From IMG/VR virus record IMGVR_UViG_3300046167_000801: a DNA stretch of 64,000 nucleotides; one strand, written 5' to 3'. The notes beneath the pieces were generated by a model. It had not been told where the DNA came from, made no database searches, and saw only the letters and a program-made list of their open reading frames with translations. This DNA comes from a virus. Its lineage: Duplodnaviria; Caudoviricetes. Position 1 is the stretch's first letter. Each line of letters begins with the position of its first letter. Both the position numbers and the translations under genes were made by a program. Positions 9,872-19,162 of this stretch are shown one piece after another.

Positions 9872-9879
9872 AATAAATA
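9872..9879 (-). promoter_or_regulatory. Putative late promoter TATTTATT of rpsU
   Basis: AATAAATA on the + strand, 17 nt upstream of the rpsU ATG. Confidence 0.55.
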
Positions 9880-9958
9880 TACTAGAAAAATTTGTTTTTC
9901 CAAAGAAAATTACTTATATTTTATTAAACACCATTAAAAGATTATAATAATGAATTAA

Positions 9959-10384
9959 ATGAAACTAGGACGTTACATCCCATTAGGGGATCACAAAAAC
10001 GTTAAGATTGGATATGGGACGATAAACCATAAAAACTTAAAGACAATTTACCTCTCTTTAAACTCTTGGTTAGAACCCAAAGAAATATGTGAGGATTACG
10101 ATGCAATATTAAGATCGTCGAAAAACAAAATAAAAAGATTAGTACACAATTTAGGTCACGGACTTTTTAGATCAGAATCGATTGTTGATTTAGATGTAAG
10201 AACTAAAGGTATAAAAAAAGAAAAGAGATCTTTTATGAATTTAGAAGTTACTCTATACACGTTAAAACAAGTAAACGTAAAGGATAAAGACTTGAAAACA
10301 GACATGTATGGTTTACTATGTGAGATCATAGATACTTGTTTAGATAACGAATTATTATACAATTTCCACAAAAAGAAAAAATAA
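9959..10384 (+). CDS. Hypothetical protein
   Basis: 141-aa ORF divergent from rpsU. Confidence 0.7.
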   Translation: MKLGRYIPLGDHKNVKIGYGTINHKNLKTIYLSLNSWLEPKEICEDYDAILRSSKNKIKRLVHNLGHGLFRSESIVDLDVRTKGIKKEKRSFMNLEVTLYTLKQVNVKDKDLKTDMYGLLCEIIDTCLDNELLYNFHKKKK

Positions 10385-10425
10385 GTCCGTTTTCCATGTA
10401 TTTATAGTAATAAAACTACAGATAC

Positions 10426-11109
10426 ATGAAAGTATTAGGACCAAAAGAAACAGGTAAAGGAATATTAATAGAATATGACGCGGGATTTATTTCTCCCAAA
10501 GAGAATAAAAGTGTTATATCAGAAATGAAGGGAATTGATTTCTCTGAAGATATTATCCTTTACGCTGTTCTACAGAAATATGATACTCCGAATAAGAACG
10601 GAAGAATCTATCCAGAGAGATTACTCAAAAGAGAGATGGAAAAGTATCAAGAAATAATTGATAAGGGTTCAGCGTTAAATGAACTAAATCATCCATCATC
10701 TTCACTTATAGATTTAGATAGAGTTTCACATACGATCACCGAGACTTGGTGGGACGGTAAAATTCTTATGGGAAAAATTAAATTACTTCTTTCACCTGGT
10801 TGGAAAAAATCGGGTATTGTAAGTACTAAAGGTGATCAAGCCGCAATGTTATTAATGAACGGTGTTACCTTAGGTATATCATCAAGGGGAGTTGGGTCTC
10901 TTAAATCGGTTAAAGGTCAGAATATAGTACAGGAGGACTTCGAATTGGTTTGTTTTGATTTAGTATCATCCCCATCAACACCTGGCGCTTATGTATTCCA
11001 AGATCCAGGAGATAGAGAAAAGTACGAAGAATCCATTGAAGAACAACCTATTGTAGACGAGAGAATGAGTAAACTTATGGGTAATCTGAATAGTTTCTTA
11101 TCTAAATAA
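10426..11109 (+). CDS. gp21: Prohead protease (T4 gp21-like)
   Basis: NKNGRIYP, ELNHP, GISSRGVGSL and FDLVSSPSTPGA motifs. Confidence 0.93.
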   Translation: MKVLGPKETGKGILIEYDAGFISPKENKSVISEMKGIDFSEDIILYAVLQKYDTPNKNGRIYPERLLKREMEKYQEIIDKGSALNELNHPSSSLIDLDRVSHTITETWWDGKILMGKIKLLLSPGWKKSGIVSTKGDQAAMLLMNGVTLGISSRGVGSLKSVKGQNIVQEDFELVCFDLVSSPSTPGAYVFQDPGDREKYEESIEEQPIVDERMSKLMGNLNSFLSK

Positions 11110-11190
11110 TAAACTTTTCTTTGATTACTATATCACAAAAGTAATTTTTTCTTAATTAACAAGTATTTATTATTAAACTATAATATACAA

Positions 11191-12507
11191 ATGAGTAAAA
11201 AATCCATTTTAGAACAAGCATTGCTTCAAGTACAAGATCTTGAAGAGGCAGTAAAGGCAAACGCAAAAGGTATACTTGCTTCAACTATGAAGGAAGAACT
11301 AAACGATGTCCTAAACGAATCTATGGAACAAGAGGAAGTTGAAGGTAACGAAACTCCTATAACAGAAGACGAACAAGATATGCCAATCTCGGAACAAGGA
11401 ATTGAAGACGAGGAAGGAAATGATGACGAAACTTCGATAAACGACGAGCCAGCAGACGACGTTGATCCAGACATGGAAGATGAAGAGGGTGAAGACGAAT
11501 CAGACGACGAATTATCAATAGATGATGAGGACGAAGATTTTTCATTACCAATGGATTCTGAAGAAGAAGGAGAAGACGAAGTACTTGACATGACCGACGC
11601 ATCTGACGATGAAGTCCTAAAGGTATTCAAATCAATGAAACCTGAAGACGGAATTGTTGTGAAACGTGACGGTGATAATGTTGAACTCGAAGACGGAGAC
11701 GACGAATACATCATCAAATTAGATGACGAAGAAAGTGAAGTCGAAGAAGAATACAACGAAGAGGTATCTGAAGAAGAAGTTGAGGAATCAGAAGTATCTG
11801 AGACCGATATGGAAGAAGAGGTATCTGAAGAAGAAGTATCTGAAACTGATGACACTGTCTACGAAATTGAATTAGAAGACGTATCCGAAGAAGAAGTCTC
11901 TGAAGAAGAAGAAGAAGTTTCCGAAGAGGAGGTATCTGAAGAAGAAATTGACGAATCAGAAGTATCTGAGGAGGAAATGGAAGAAGAAGTCTCTGAAGAG
12001 GAAGAATCTCATGAAGAGGAAGTCGACGAAGCTGCAAGAACAAAATCCAATGTACATGGTGACAAGGGAGGTGCTAACAGAGCCGGTATTAAGTCTAAGA
12101 CTAAATATAAGGCAGGTGCAATCAACGAAGAGGTTGAAACTTTAAAGAAACAAAACGGTGAATATAAAAAGGCGTTAGTTTTATTTAAAGAGAAACTAAA
12201 CGAGGTTGCTGTGTTTAACGCTAACTTGGCATACGCTACAAGATTGTTCACAGAACATTCGACAACTCGTCAAGAGAAATTAAATATTTTGAAAAGATTT
12301 GACTCTGTCACTTCTTTAACAGAATCTAAATCCACTTATAAAGTAATAGAAGGTGAATTAGGTTCAAAACAAAATGTTACTGAATCGGTTGCAAAATCAA
12401 TCGTTTCAACTCCGACATCATCCTCATCTCAAGAAGTACTTTCAGAAACAAAAGCATACGAAAGTCCACAGTTTAAGAGAATGAAAGATTTAATGTCAAA
12501 ATTATAA
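11191..12507 (+). CDS. Prohead core/scaffolding protein (gp22-like position)
   Basis: Very acidic protein with a coiled-coil C-terminus, located between protease and major capsid genes. Confidence 0.8.
   Translation: MSKKSILEQALLQVQDLEEAVKANAKGILASTMKEELNDVLNESMEQEEVEGNETPITEDEQDMPISEQGIEDEEGNDDETSINDEPADDVDPDMEDEEGEDESDDELSIDDEDEDFSLPMDSEEEGEDEVLDMTDASDDEVLKVFKSMKPEDGIVVKRDGDNVELEDGDDEYIIKLDDEESEVEEEYNEEVSEEEVEESEVSETDMEEEVSEEEVSETDDTVYEIELEDVSEEEVSEEEEEVSEEEVSEEEIDESEVSEEEMEEEVSEEEESHEEEVDEAARTKSNVHGDKGGANRAGIKSKTKYKAGAINEEVETLKKQNGEYKKALVLFKEKLNEVAVFNANLAYATRLFTEHSTTRQEKLNILKRFDSVTSLTESKSTYKVIEGELGSKQNVTESVAKSIVSTPTSSSSQEVLSETKAYESPQFKRMKDLMSKL
11761..12006 (+). repeat. Coding tandem repeats, ten VSE(E/T) units
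   Basis: Degenerate gaagag/gaagaa-gt(a/c/t)tc(t/c)ga units; ten VSE tripeptides counted in the translation. Confidence 0.85.
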
Positions 12508-12542
12508 TAAAATAAATAAAAAAACTAAAACTCAAATTTAAA

Positions 12543-14255
12543 ATGGGAGCATTATTAGAATCAGGTATGGTTGGTAACATCGGGTTAAAACACCTAAGAG
12601 TTATCAAAGAAGATACCATCAAAAAATGGGATGACCTAGGTTTCTTAGAGGGACTTAATGGACATCAAAAAGATAACATCGCTCAGTTGTATGAAAACCA
12701 AGCGTCTTATCTAATTAACGAAGCTGCTGTGTCTGACTCATCAGGTTCATTCGAAACAGTTGTTTTTCCAATCATTAGAAGAGTATTCTCTAAATTATTG
12801 GCAAACGATATCGTTTCTGTACAAGCTATGAACTTACCAATTGGTAAATTGTTCTACTTTGTACCTAAAATTGCAGAAAGAGCTGGCGGTACTGGTCATA
12901 CAGCACCTTACGCATCTCCAGGTCAAGACGCAAACGGAGACTTCACAGGGACTAACCTTTATGATAGATTTTATGAAGAAGGTGATGACGCTGCAGAAGG
13001 TATCTACGATTACTCAAAAGGTAAATTTTCTGTACAAGATTTAGCAGGATCGGCAGTTGTAGTATTTAACGAAGGTATTGCTACAGATGCTGGTACTATG
13101 GCAGCAGGAGAACAATCAAGTGTAATTGTTAAGTTTGGAGGATTCTCTAAATTAGGATCAGGTAAACTTGCGGGACCTAACGGTAACGAAATGGATACTG
13201 AAGAATTTTTGGCATCATTAGATATCAAAAACTCGGCTATTAAGGCTGGTAACTTACCTTTTAACGTTGTAACTCAGAAATACGGAAGTGGTATTGTTGA
13301 GTACGGTGCTAAAGGAACAGGTGCTGCAGGTGGTCAATATCCAGATATCGTTGATAAAGATGGTGTAATCTACTTACAGATTGATCTTGAAGATTATACA
13401 CCGGCATCAGGTTATACAAAATTTGACGCAGCAGGAACTGAAGCGGCATCAGGTTTTACAGGAACTTACAGACAATACGCTACATTAGAATTCGAAGATG
13501 AAATCGGAGAAGTATCTTTCGATTTAGATTCTGTAACAGTTTCTGTTACTGAAAGAAAACTAAGAGCTAGCTGGTCTCCTGAATTGGCTCAGGATGTATC
13601 TGCTTTCCATAACATCGACGCTGAGGCTGAGTTAACAGCATTGTTATCTGAGCAAATCGCGGCTGAGGTTGATAGAGAGATCTTAAGAGACTTAAGAAAA
13701 GGTGCAGCTTGGAACCTTAAATGGGACTACAATGAGTGGAAATATGGTGGAAACGGAAACGCAACACTACAAGGATACACTCAAAAGGATTGGAACCAAA
13801 CGTTAATTACTAAAATTAACCAATTATCGGCTCAAATCCATAAAACTACACTTAGAGGTGGTGCTAACTGGATCGTTGTTTCTTCTGAAGTTTCAGCTGT
13901 ATTCGATGACTTAGAGTACTTCCACGTATCTAACGCAGGTGCAGAACAAGATCAGTACAATATGGGTATTGAGAAAGTTGGTACTTTAGCAGGAAGATAC
14001 CAAGTGTATAGAGATCCTTACTTCCCAGCGGGTAAAGTATTGGTTGGACATAAAGGAAAGTCGTTGTTAGACGCAGGGTACATTTACGCACCTTACGTAC
14101 CGTTACAACTTACACCTACAATGTACAATCCATTCAACTTTACACCGATCAAGGGTATCATGACGAGATACGCTAAGAAAATGGTTAATAACCGTTACTT
14201 CGGTGTGATCAACGTTGCAGGATTACAAACATTCAACTTAGATACTTTAAGATAA
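12543..14255 (+). CDS. gp23: Major capsid protein (T4 gp23-like)
   Basis: IVSVQAMNLPIGKLFY, TERKLRASWSPELAQD, EIDRE-like EVDREI, YAPYVPL and TRYA motifs. Likely maturation site LINE/A at residue 60. Confidence 0.96.
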   Translation: MGALLESGMVGNIGLKHLRVIKEDTIKKWDDLGFLEGLNGHQKDNIAQLYENQASYLINEAAVSDSSGSFETVVFPIIRRVFSKLLANDIVSVQAMNLPIGKLFYFVPKIAERAGGTGHTAPYASPGQDANGDFTGTNLYDRFYEEGDDAAEGIYDYSKGKFSVQDLAGSAVVVFNEGIATDAGTMAAGEQSSVIVKFGGFSKLGSGKLAGPNGNEMDTEEFLASLDIKNSAIKAGNLPFNVVTQKYGSGIVEYGAKGTGAAGGQYPDIVDKDGVIYLQIDLEDYTPASGYTKFDAAGTEAASGFTGTYRQYATLEFEDEIGEVSFDLDSVTVSVTERKLRASWSPELAQDVSAFHNIDAEAELTALLSEQIAAEVDREILRDLRKGAAWNLKWDYNEWKYGGNGNATLQGYTQKDWNQTLITKINQLSAQIHKTTLRGGANWIVVSSEVSAVFDDLEYFHVSNAGAEQDQYNMGIEKVGTLAGRYQVYRDPYFPAGKVLVGHKGKSLLDAGYIYAPYVPLQLTPTMYNPFNFTPIKGIMTRYAKKMVNNRYFGVINVAGLQTFNLDTLR

Positions 14256-14280
14256 TATATCTTTAAGTTCTATTAATATT

Positions 14281-14309
14281 AAAGGGGATCGATTCGGTCC
14301 CCTTTTTTT
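14281..14309 (+). terminator. Rho-independent terminator after the capsid gene
   Basis: AAAGGGGATC-gattc-GGTCCCCTTT followed by a T run. Confidence 0.8.
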
Positions 14310-14338
14310 ATTGCAATATTTTCTGTATATTATAACTT

Positions 14339-14779
14339 ATGATATGGAAAGATTACTTTGTTAGTATTGCAGAACAAGTTAAAGAAAAGTCTAAAGATAT
14401 TAAGACTAAAATAGGTGCCGTTATTGTTGGTAAAGATAATGAGATATTAAGTACGGGATATAACTCATTCCCAAGAGGACTAAACGATAATGTGGTTCAG
14501 AGACAAGAACGACCTGAAAAATACTTTTGGTTTGAACATGCAGAAAGAAACGCCATATATAATGCAGCGAGAATAGGTGTATCATTAAAACAATCCACAG
14601 TATATCTAACTTCAGGACTACCATGTATGGACTGTGCAAGGGGTTTGGTACAATCGGGAGTAATAAAGATTGTATGTAAAAAACATTGTACTACTAAAAA
14701 TTCAGGTAAGTGGAAAGAAAGTCAAGAACGATCTCTTATTTTGTTGAATGAGTGTGGGGTAGAAGTCGAGTTTTATTAA
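14339..14779 (+). CDS. dCMP deaminase (Zn-dependent, ComEB/T4 cd family)
   Basis: HAERNAI and PCMDCA zinc motifs, plus TGYNSFPRG. Confidence 0.92.
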   Translation: MIWKDYFVSIAEQVKEKSKDIKTKIGAVIVGKDNEILSTGYNSFPRGLNDNVVQRQERPEKYFWFEHAERNAIYNAARIGVSLKQSTVYLTSGLPCMDCARGLVQSGVIKIVCKKHCTTKNSGKWKESQERSLILLNECGVEVEFY

Positions 14780-15047
14780 GTTTTCTTATTTTAACCTTTA
14801 AATCACCCGTCCCCTTAATAACTCTATGGAATTCACCTTCGGGGATATTAATAACTAACCCTTTAGTTATTTTAATTGGTAATTTATTATCCATTTGAAA
14901 TGACCAATCACTCTCGTGTAAAAAAGTAACCTCACGATCTTCGTTATCGAAGTGCCATTTTAATTCAGATTCATTTATATCTTTTGAAAACACTCGTGTA
15001 CTGTGGTTGTCGGATAATATTTCTCTATATGGTAAAGTATCCCCCAT
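14736..15047 (-). CDS. Small cupin-fold protein
   Basis: KWHFDNEDR and IPEGEFHRVIKG resemble cupin motifs 1 and 2. Confidence 0.6.
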   Translation of the reverse strand: MGDTLPYREILSDNHSTRVFSKDINESELKWHFDNEDREVTFLHESDWSFQMDNKLPIKITKGLVINIPEGEFHRVIKGTGDLKVKIRKLNKTRLLPHTHSTK

Positions 15048-15547
15048 TAAAGTTTAAAGTTTGTTCTTTTACTTTGTTTAATAATGTCCATTAATGAGTT
15101 AAAAACGTCTTTCTCATTAATGTAAAGTCCTCTAATTATTATTCTACCATATTCTATTAAAGAAACCCCTGTTTCCCACTCATCATAGTCTTTACCTACA
15201 TCACCTTCTTCCATTGCTATGGTAGCAAACATAGTTAAACTTTCTTCTACCATTTCGGCATTGTCTTTATCTAATCTATTATATGTGTAACGACCATCTT
15301 CATCCTCATCTTCTTCAGGATACATATCGGCCATATGGTAGTCAATATCTACCATATCAGTGTGAGATAAGTACTTAATTTTTGTCTGTTTGTTTCTTAC
15401 GATAAACAAACCAGTTTTCTTGTCCCATAACAATAAATCAAACTGATCTTCAACGTCATCAAGTTCATCATCATAAAACCCCATACCCGAGGAATCAGGA
15501 TACTCTGGTGGGTCGTAATAACCTTCAAATAAATTGTAAAGTTTCAT
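15047..15547 (-). CDS. Acidic hypothetical protein
   Basis: 166-aa ORF within a packed minus-strand operon. Confidence 0.7.
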   Translation of the reverse strand: MKLYNLFEGYYDPPEYPDSSGMGFYDDELDDVEDQFDLLLWDKKTGLFIVRNKQTKIKYLSHTDMVDIDYHMADMYPEEDEDEDGRYTYNRLDKDNAEMVEESLTMFATIAMEEGDVGKDYDEWETGVSLIEYGRIIIRGLYINEKDVFNSLMDIIKQSKRTNFKL

Positions 15548-15548
15548 A

Positions 15549-16532
15549 TTACCAAGGATTAGAGGATTTTATACCTAACGCCTTACGATATCTTGCAATA
15601 TTACAACTCCAATATCCTGCCTTAGTACGATCTTTCTTTTCACTACACTTATGTCTAGCTCTAAATGATTTAGCTGCCGCTTTGTTATTATTTCTAACTT
15701 TTAATTTCGGGTCACCAAAGGTTACTTTTTTAATAGTCCCTTTTGGAGTTTTCACGTATACCGCAAACTTCTTAGGTCCACCTGGTGTTCTAAAAGGTTT
15801 GTTTAATTTAACATTTCTACCTCTGTGTTTAGCCTCAACTAAATGTTCGTCTTGATTTTCCACAAATGGAATGTCTAAATAAACTTCTTTACCCTCATAT
15901 AATCCTGTTTGTCCTAAATCAGTCTTTATTAAATCTAAATCGATTCCTGAGACTTCTAAGACATTATCTTCACTTAATTGACGTACTTCATTATATATAT
16001 TGAAAAACTCATTAGAATAGATCCTATATACATTCTCGACGATTGGTAGGTTATTATCTATATGGTATTGTAGTCCTTCACTTAAAACTTTAGATTCATT
16101 TACTAAATTAAGTTTAGGTTCTTGAATGTCTAATTTTTTTTGTTCTAAATTGTGGAAAACCAAAGAGATTATTCTGTTCTCATCAATACTAGTGTATGTA
16201 GGGGTATTTCCCTTACCCTTCTTATTACTTTTTCTTTCTGCACGTCTTTTTTGACGAGTCATTTTCTTTTTATCTTTCTTAGTATATGAACTTGTGGTTT
16301 TAGGAGTCTTTTTACTGACTTTTTTGGACGGTCTACATTTAGGGTAACCTTTTCTCTTCTTGTCACCATCCGCATCTTTACGACCACATGGTGGGTGTTT
16401 ACCATCTATTTTTCTAGATACATCAACCCATTTTTCTTTAAACCAACGACCCAAATCTTCTTGGAGGACCTCACCATTTGATAGGCAGTCTTCCATATAT
16501 TTTTTATCTTCTTCGTTGATATGTATTTTCAT
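15549..16532 (-). CDS. Modular basic protein with two Cys-containing basic modules, possible internal head/DNA-binding protein
   Basis: LQE-DLGRWFKEKWVD...HPPCGR...YPKCRP module and LVE-AKHRGRNVKLNKPFR...SFRARHKC...AGYWSC module. Confidence 0.7.
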   Translation of the reverse strand: MKIHINEEDKKYMEDCLSNGEVLQEDLGRWFKEKWVDVSRKIDGKHPPCGRKDADGDKKRKGYPKCRPSKKVSKKTPKTTSSYTKKDKKKMTRQKRRAERKSNKKGKGNTPTYTSIDENRIISLVFHNLEQKKLDIQEPKLNLVNESKVLSEGLQYHIDNNLPIVENVYRIYSNEFFNIYNEVRQLSEDNVLEVSGIDLDLIKTDLGQTGLYEGKEVYLDIPFVENQDEHLVEAKHRGRNVKLNKPFRTPGGPKKFAVYVKTPKGTIKKVTFGDPKLKVRNNNKAAAKSFRARHKCSEKKDRTKAGYWSCNIARYRKALGIKSSNPW

Positions 16533-16541
16533 TTTTCTATA

Positions 16542-17282
16542 TTATTTCTTTGGTGTTGATGGTGGGTTTAAAAATTCTTGAAATTTCTTAGTTAGTTGTT
16601 CAAGTTCAGGATCATTCATACCATCAAGTAGATCACTTGAATATTGTTTTATAAACGATGGTGTTACAAACATGTAGGTATCTTTATGTATAGTTAACTC
16701 AGTACTTGTACTATGTTCTTTTATACAAGGTCCTATAGACAATGCTTGTGAATTTTGTTCAGTATCAAAAGTACATACAATAGCACTAATGACGGGCATA
16801 CCTAACAAGTACTCACATACGAATATAATGTTACTTGCCTTCTTTGATGTATGATCCTTATTTCCTGAAATAGTTAATCCCTCTTTTCCAACCGAACTAA
16901 CCATCGCCTTTGCAAATGCCAATCCTCCTACACCTGTGGCTAGTCCAAGAACCCCTTCTAATAGTTCCTTAGAAAACGTAGCTCCCCAAGAATTAGATTT
17001 ATGATTAACATCTTCTTCGTTAACGTGTACGAAACAACCCGAAGAGTCTATTATTTTTTGTAATGCATCATAATCATAAAGAGATTTACCTTCATTATCC
17101 AACGCCTTTGTCATTGCACCAAAAAATACGGATACTTCCGCAAATACATCTCTTACTTCTTTTTCTATTGTTGCATTGGTCATATCAGTAGTTGCCATCA
17201 TGATATTACCTGTTTCATTAAATACAAACCCTTTTTTAACTTCTTGGTTATTTGGGTCTTGTTGTGTTACTTTATCAGCCAT
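16542..17282 (-). CDS. Orphan protein with a Gly/Ala hydrophobic hairpin, toxin-like candidate
   Basis: 246-aa ORF with central GVLGLATGVGGLAFAKAMVSSVG; family call is tentative. Confidence 0.6.
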   Translation of the reverse strand: MADKVTQQDPNNQEVKKGFVFNETGNIMMATTDMTNATIEKEVRDVFAEVSVFFGAMTKALDNEGKSLYDYDALQKIIDSSGCFVHVNEEDVNHKSNSWGATFSKELLEGVLGLATGVGGLAFAKAMVSSVGKEGLTISGNKDHTSKKASNIIFVCEYLLGMPVISAIVCTFDTEQNSQALSIGPCIKEHSTSTELTIHKDTYMFVTPSFIKQYSSDLLDGMNDPELEQLTKKFQEFLNPPSTPKK

Positions 17283-17300
17283 ATTATTTTATTTAAAATT

Positions 17301-17744
17301 TTATTTTTTCTTTTTACAGTATGAACCTGAACATCTTTTTTTACCATCTAAACCTTTAATTTTTCCTTTACAAACTTGGACCGCATAACCATTGGCATAT
17401 GCACTTGGGTAAACGTCGAATTTAGATTTAGCCGCAGATATTCCTCTTGAACATAATTTGTTTTTCTTTTTTTTCTTTGCTTCGTGTAATTCATGACCAT
17501 CTTCAGTTTGATTCATTAGGAAATCTAAAACTTGGTCCATATTTTCCTTCGCAACACTAACGTGGTCGTCTGCCCAATCATGACCATTTTGTAATATATC
17601 TTCGATTACATTTTTATCTAAGTTTAAAAGAATATCACATTGTCTACGTATTTGTTCAAGATTACTAAAGAACATATAATTCTCTGTTCTCTCTTCGTTG
17701 AGTGTGTTTAAATGTTTTTTTATTAATTTTTTAATATTGTCCAT
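17301..17744 (-). CDS. Hypothetical protein with basic C-terminal YPSAYANG module
   Basis: LHE-AKKKKK...AKSKFDVYPSAYANGYAVQVCKG; TACTTATT motif 4 nt upstream. Confidence 0.7.
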   Translation of the reverse strand: MDNIKKLIKKHLNTLNEERTENYMFFSNLEQIRRQCDILLNLDKNVIEDILQNGHDWADDHVSVAKENMDQVLDFLMNQTEDGHELHEAKKKKKNKLCSRGISAAKSKFDVYPSAYANGYAVQVCKGKIKGLDGKKRCSGSYCKKKK

Positions 17745-17758
17745 ATCTAATAAGTATT

Positions 17759-19132
17759 TTATTTTTCGGATACAATTTCGAATTTTATTGCTTCGGGATA
17801 AAAAATCTCCTCGTTATGTTTAATACCCTTCACTTCTATGTAATATTCTCTTGGTATTAGTATTGAAGTATCTAACATAAAACTATTTTCATTGGTCACA
17901 TCCATGTAAGTCCAATCAAAAACATTTACATTACTTACCCCCTCTTTAATATAGATACGATAGAAAACCTCATCAAACAATTCGTTTGTTGATTTACTAA
18001 TTGTTCTAAATATTGTGGTTAGTTTTCTTACTTCACCCGATTTGATTTTTTCATTTTGTTTTATACCTGAATATTGTACAATATATTTATTGGATTCTTT
18101 TTGATTTTCACCAATACTAAATTTAGAAGAATATGGTTTAGGTATAAATTTTTGTGTTATATCGGGAAAAGTGTTTCCCTCGATTTTAATTCCTTTCCAC
18201 ACATCGTAGAAGAAACGTTTACCGTCACAAACCAATCCATCTATACCTAATATAACTCTGTAAACTCCTTTTCTAACTTTTTCAACAGTAAGATCGGTTA
18301 AACCAGATATCGGAGTTTTAGTTGAGTCTAAAATATCAACACTTGGTATTTGATCTAAGTCAAAGAAGTTGGTTTCTTTATTCACATATAAAAATAAATT
18401 CTGATCTGTTTTTTCTATAAAATTTTCACGATCATCAATAATCCTATCATCGAAGTTGGTTTCTAAGTAAGGTTCAAAAAATGTCTGTGTATATTTTGTA
18501 AAGAATGCAACCGATTGGTCTACTTCAGATGACAGATCTTCATAAAGAGGTTCAAATGCAACACCCAAACCATAATTTACTGTAGTACCCGTTAAAATTC
18601 CGTTTACGTAATCTGTTATATCTACATCTAAATTTTCATTACCATTATCAAACTGTTGTTCACCAATAATGGTTGGGTTATTAGAGTATACTCCCTCTGC
18701 AGACCATGAGTCTAAAGTTGTCCTTGAGAACCAATTTGAAGGTCTTATATCAAAAGTATCATTTCCTGTGGTGTAATCATATCCTGAATCTTCATAATCA
18801 AAACCAACACCCTCATCCCAATACTGATCTATTTTAAATAATATAAGTTTAAATGAAGTGGTTCTTTCTCTTCCTGTACCTCTTTTTGCACCTAAGAATG
18901 TCTCATCCCCAAAAATAGTGTTGGTCATGTGAATTCTATGTACTGTATTTGAGTTCAGGACGTAATCACCATTATCCACTTTAGATTTTAAACCATCTAA
19001 ATCTAATTTTAGGATAAACTTAGAAAACCCTGACCCATAAAAAATTTCAGTTGCAGGGTTTTTAGAGGTATTAACCTTTAATCCTTTAATTATTGTATTG
19101 TTTTTCTCAAAATATGAACGATAGTATGACAT
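17759..19132 (-). CDS. Probable virion structural protein with a DNRLRE-like beta-sandwich segment
   Basis: WSAEG...ENLDVDITDYVNGILTGTTVNYGLGVAF resembles the DNRLRE domain C-terminus; TATTTATA promoter at 19151-19158. Confidence 0.55.
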   Translation of the reverse strand: MSYYRSYFEKNNTIIKGLKVNTSKNPATEIFYGSGFSKFILKLDLDGLKSKVDNGDYVLNSNTVHRIHMTNTIFGDETFLGAKRGTGRERTTSFKLILFKIDQYWDEGVGFDYEDSGYDYTTGNDTFDIRPSNWFSRTTLDSWSAEGVYSNNPTIIGEQQFDNGNENLDVDITDYVNGILTGTTVNYGLGVAFEPLYEDLSSEVDQSVAFFTKYTQTFFEPYLETNFDDRIIDDRENFIEKTDQNLFLYVNKETNFFDLDQIPSVDILDSTKTPISGLTDLTVEKVRKGVYRVILGIDGLVCDGKRFFYDVWKGIKIEGNTFPDITQKFIPKPYSSKFSIGENQKESNKYIVQYSGIKQNEKIKSGEVRKLTTIFRTISKSTNELFDEVFYRIYIKEGVSNVNVFDWTYMDVTNENSFMLDTSILIPREYYIEVKGIKHNEEIFYPEAIKFEIVSEK

Positions 19133-19162
19133 CTTGTAATTAGTTTCTTATATAAATATCAC

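Noticed and set aside
2381-12251. Ser-rich minus-strand ORFs (2381-2824, 11226-11855, 11357-11602, 11714-12043, 12009-12251)
   Set aside because: They are antisense shadows of Glu/Asp-rich genes and have no independent coding signal.
14736-14779. 44-nt convergent overlap of dCMP deaminase and cupin genes
   Set aside because: Short tail overlaps are common in compact phage genomes, and there is no sign of function.
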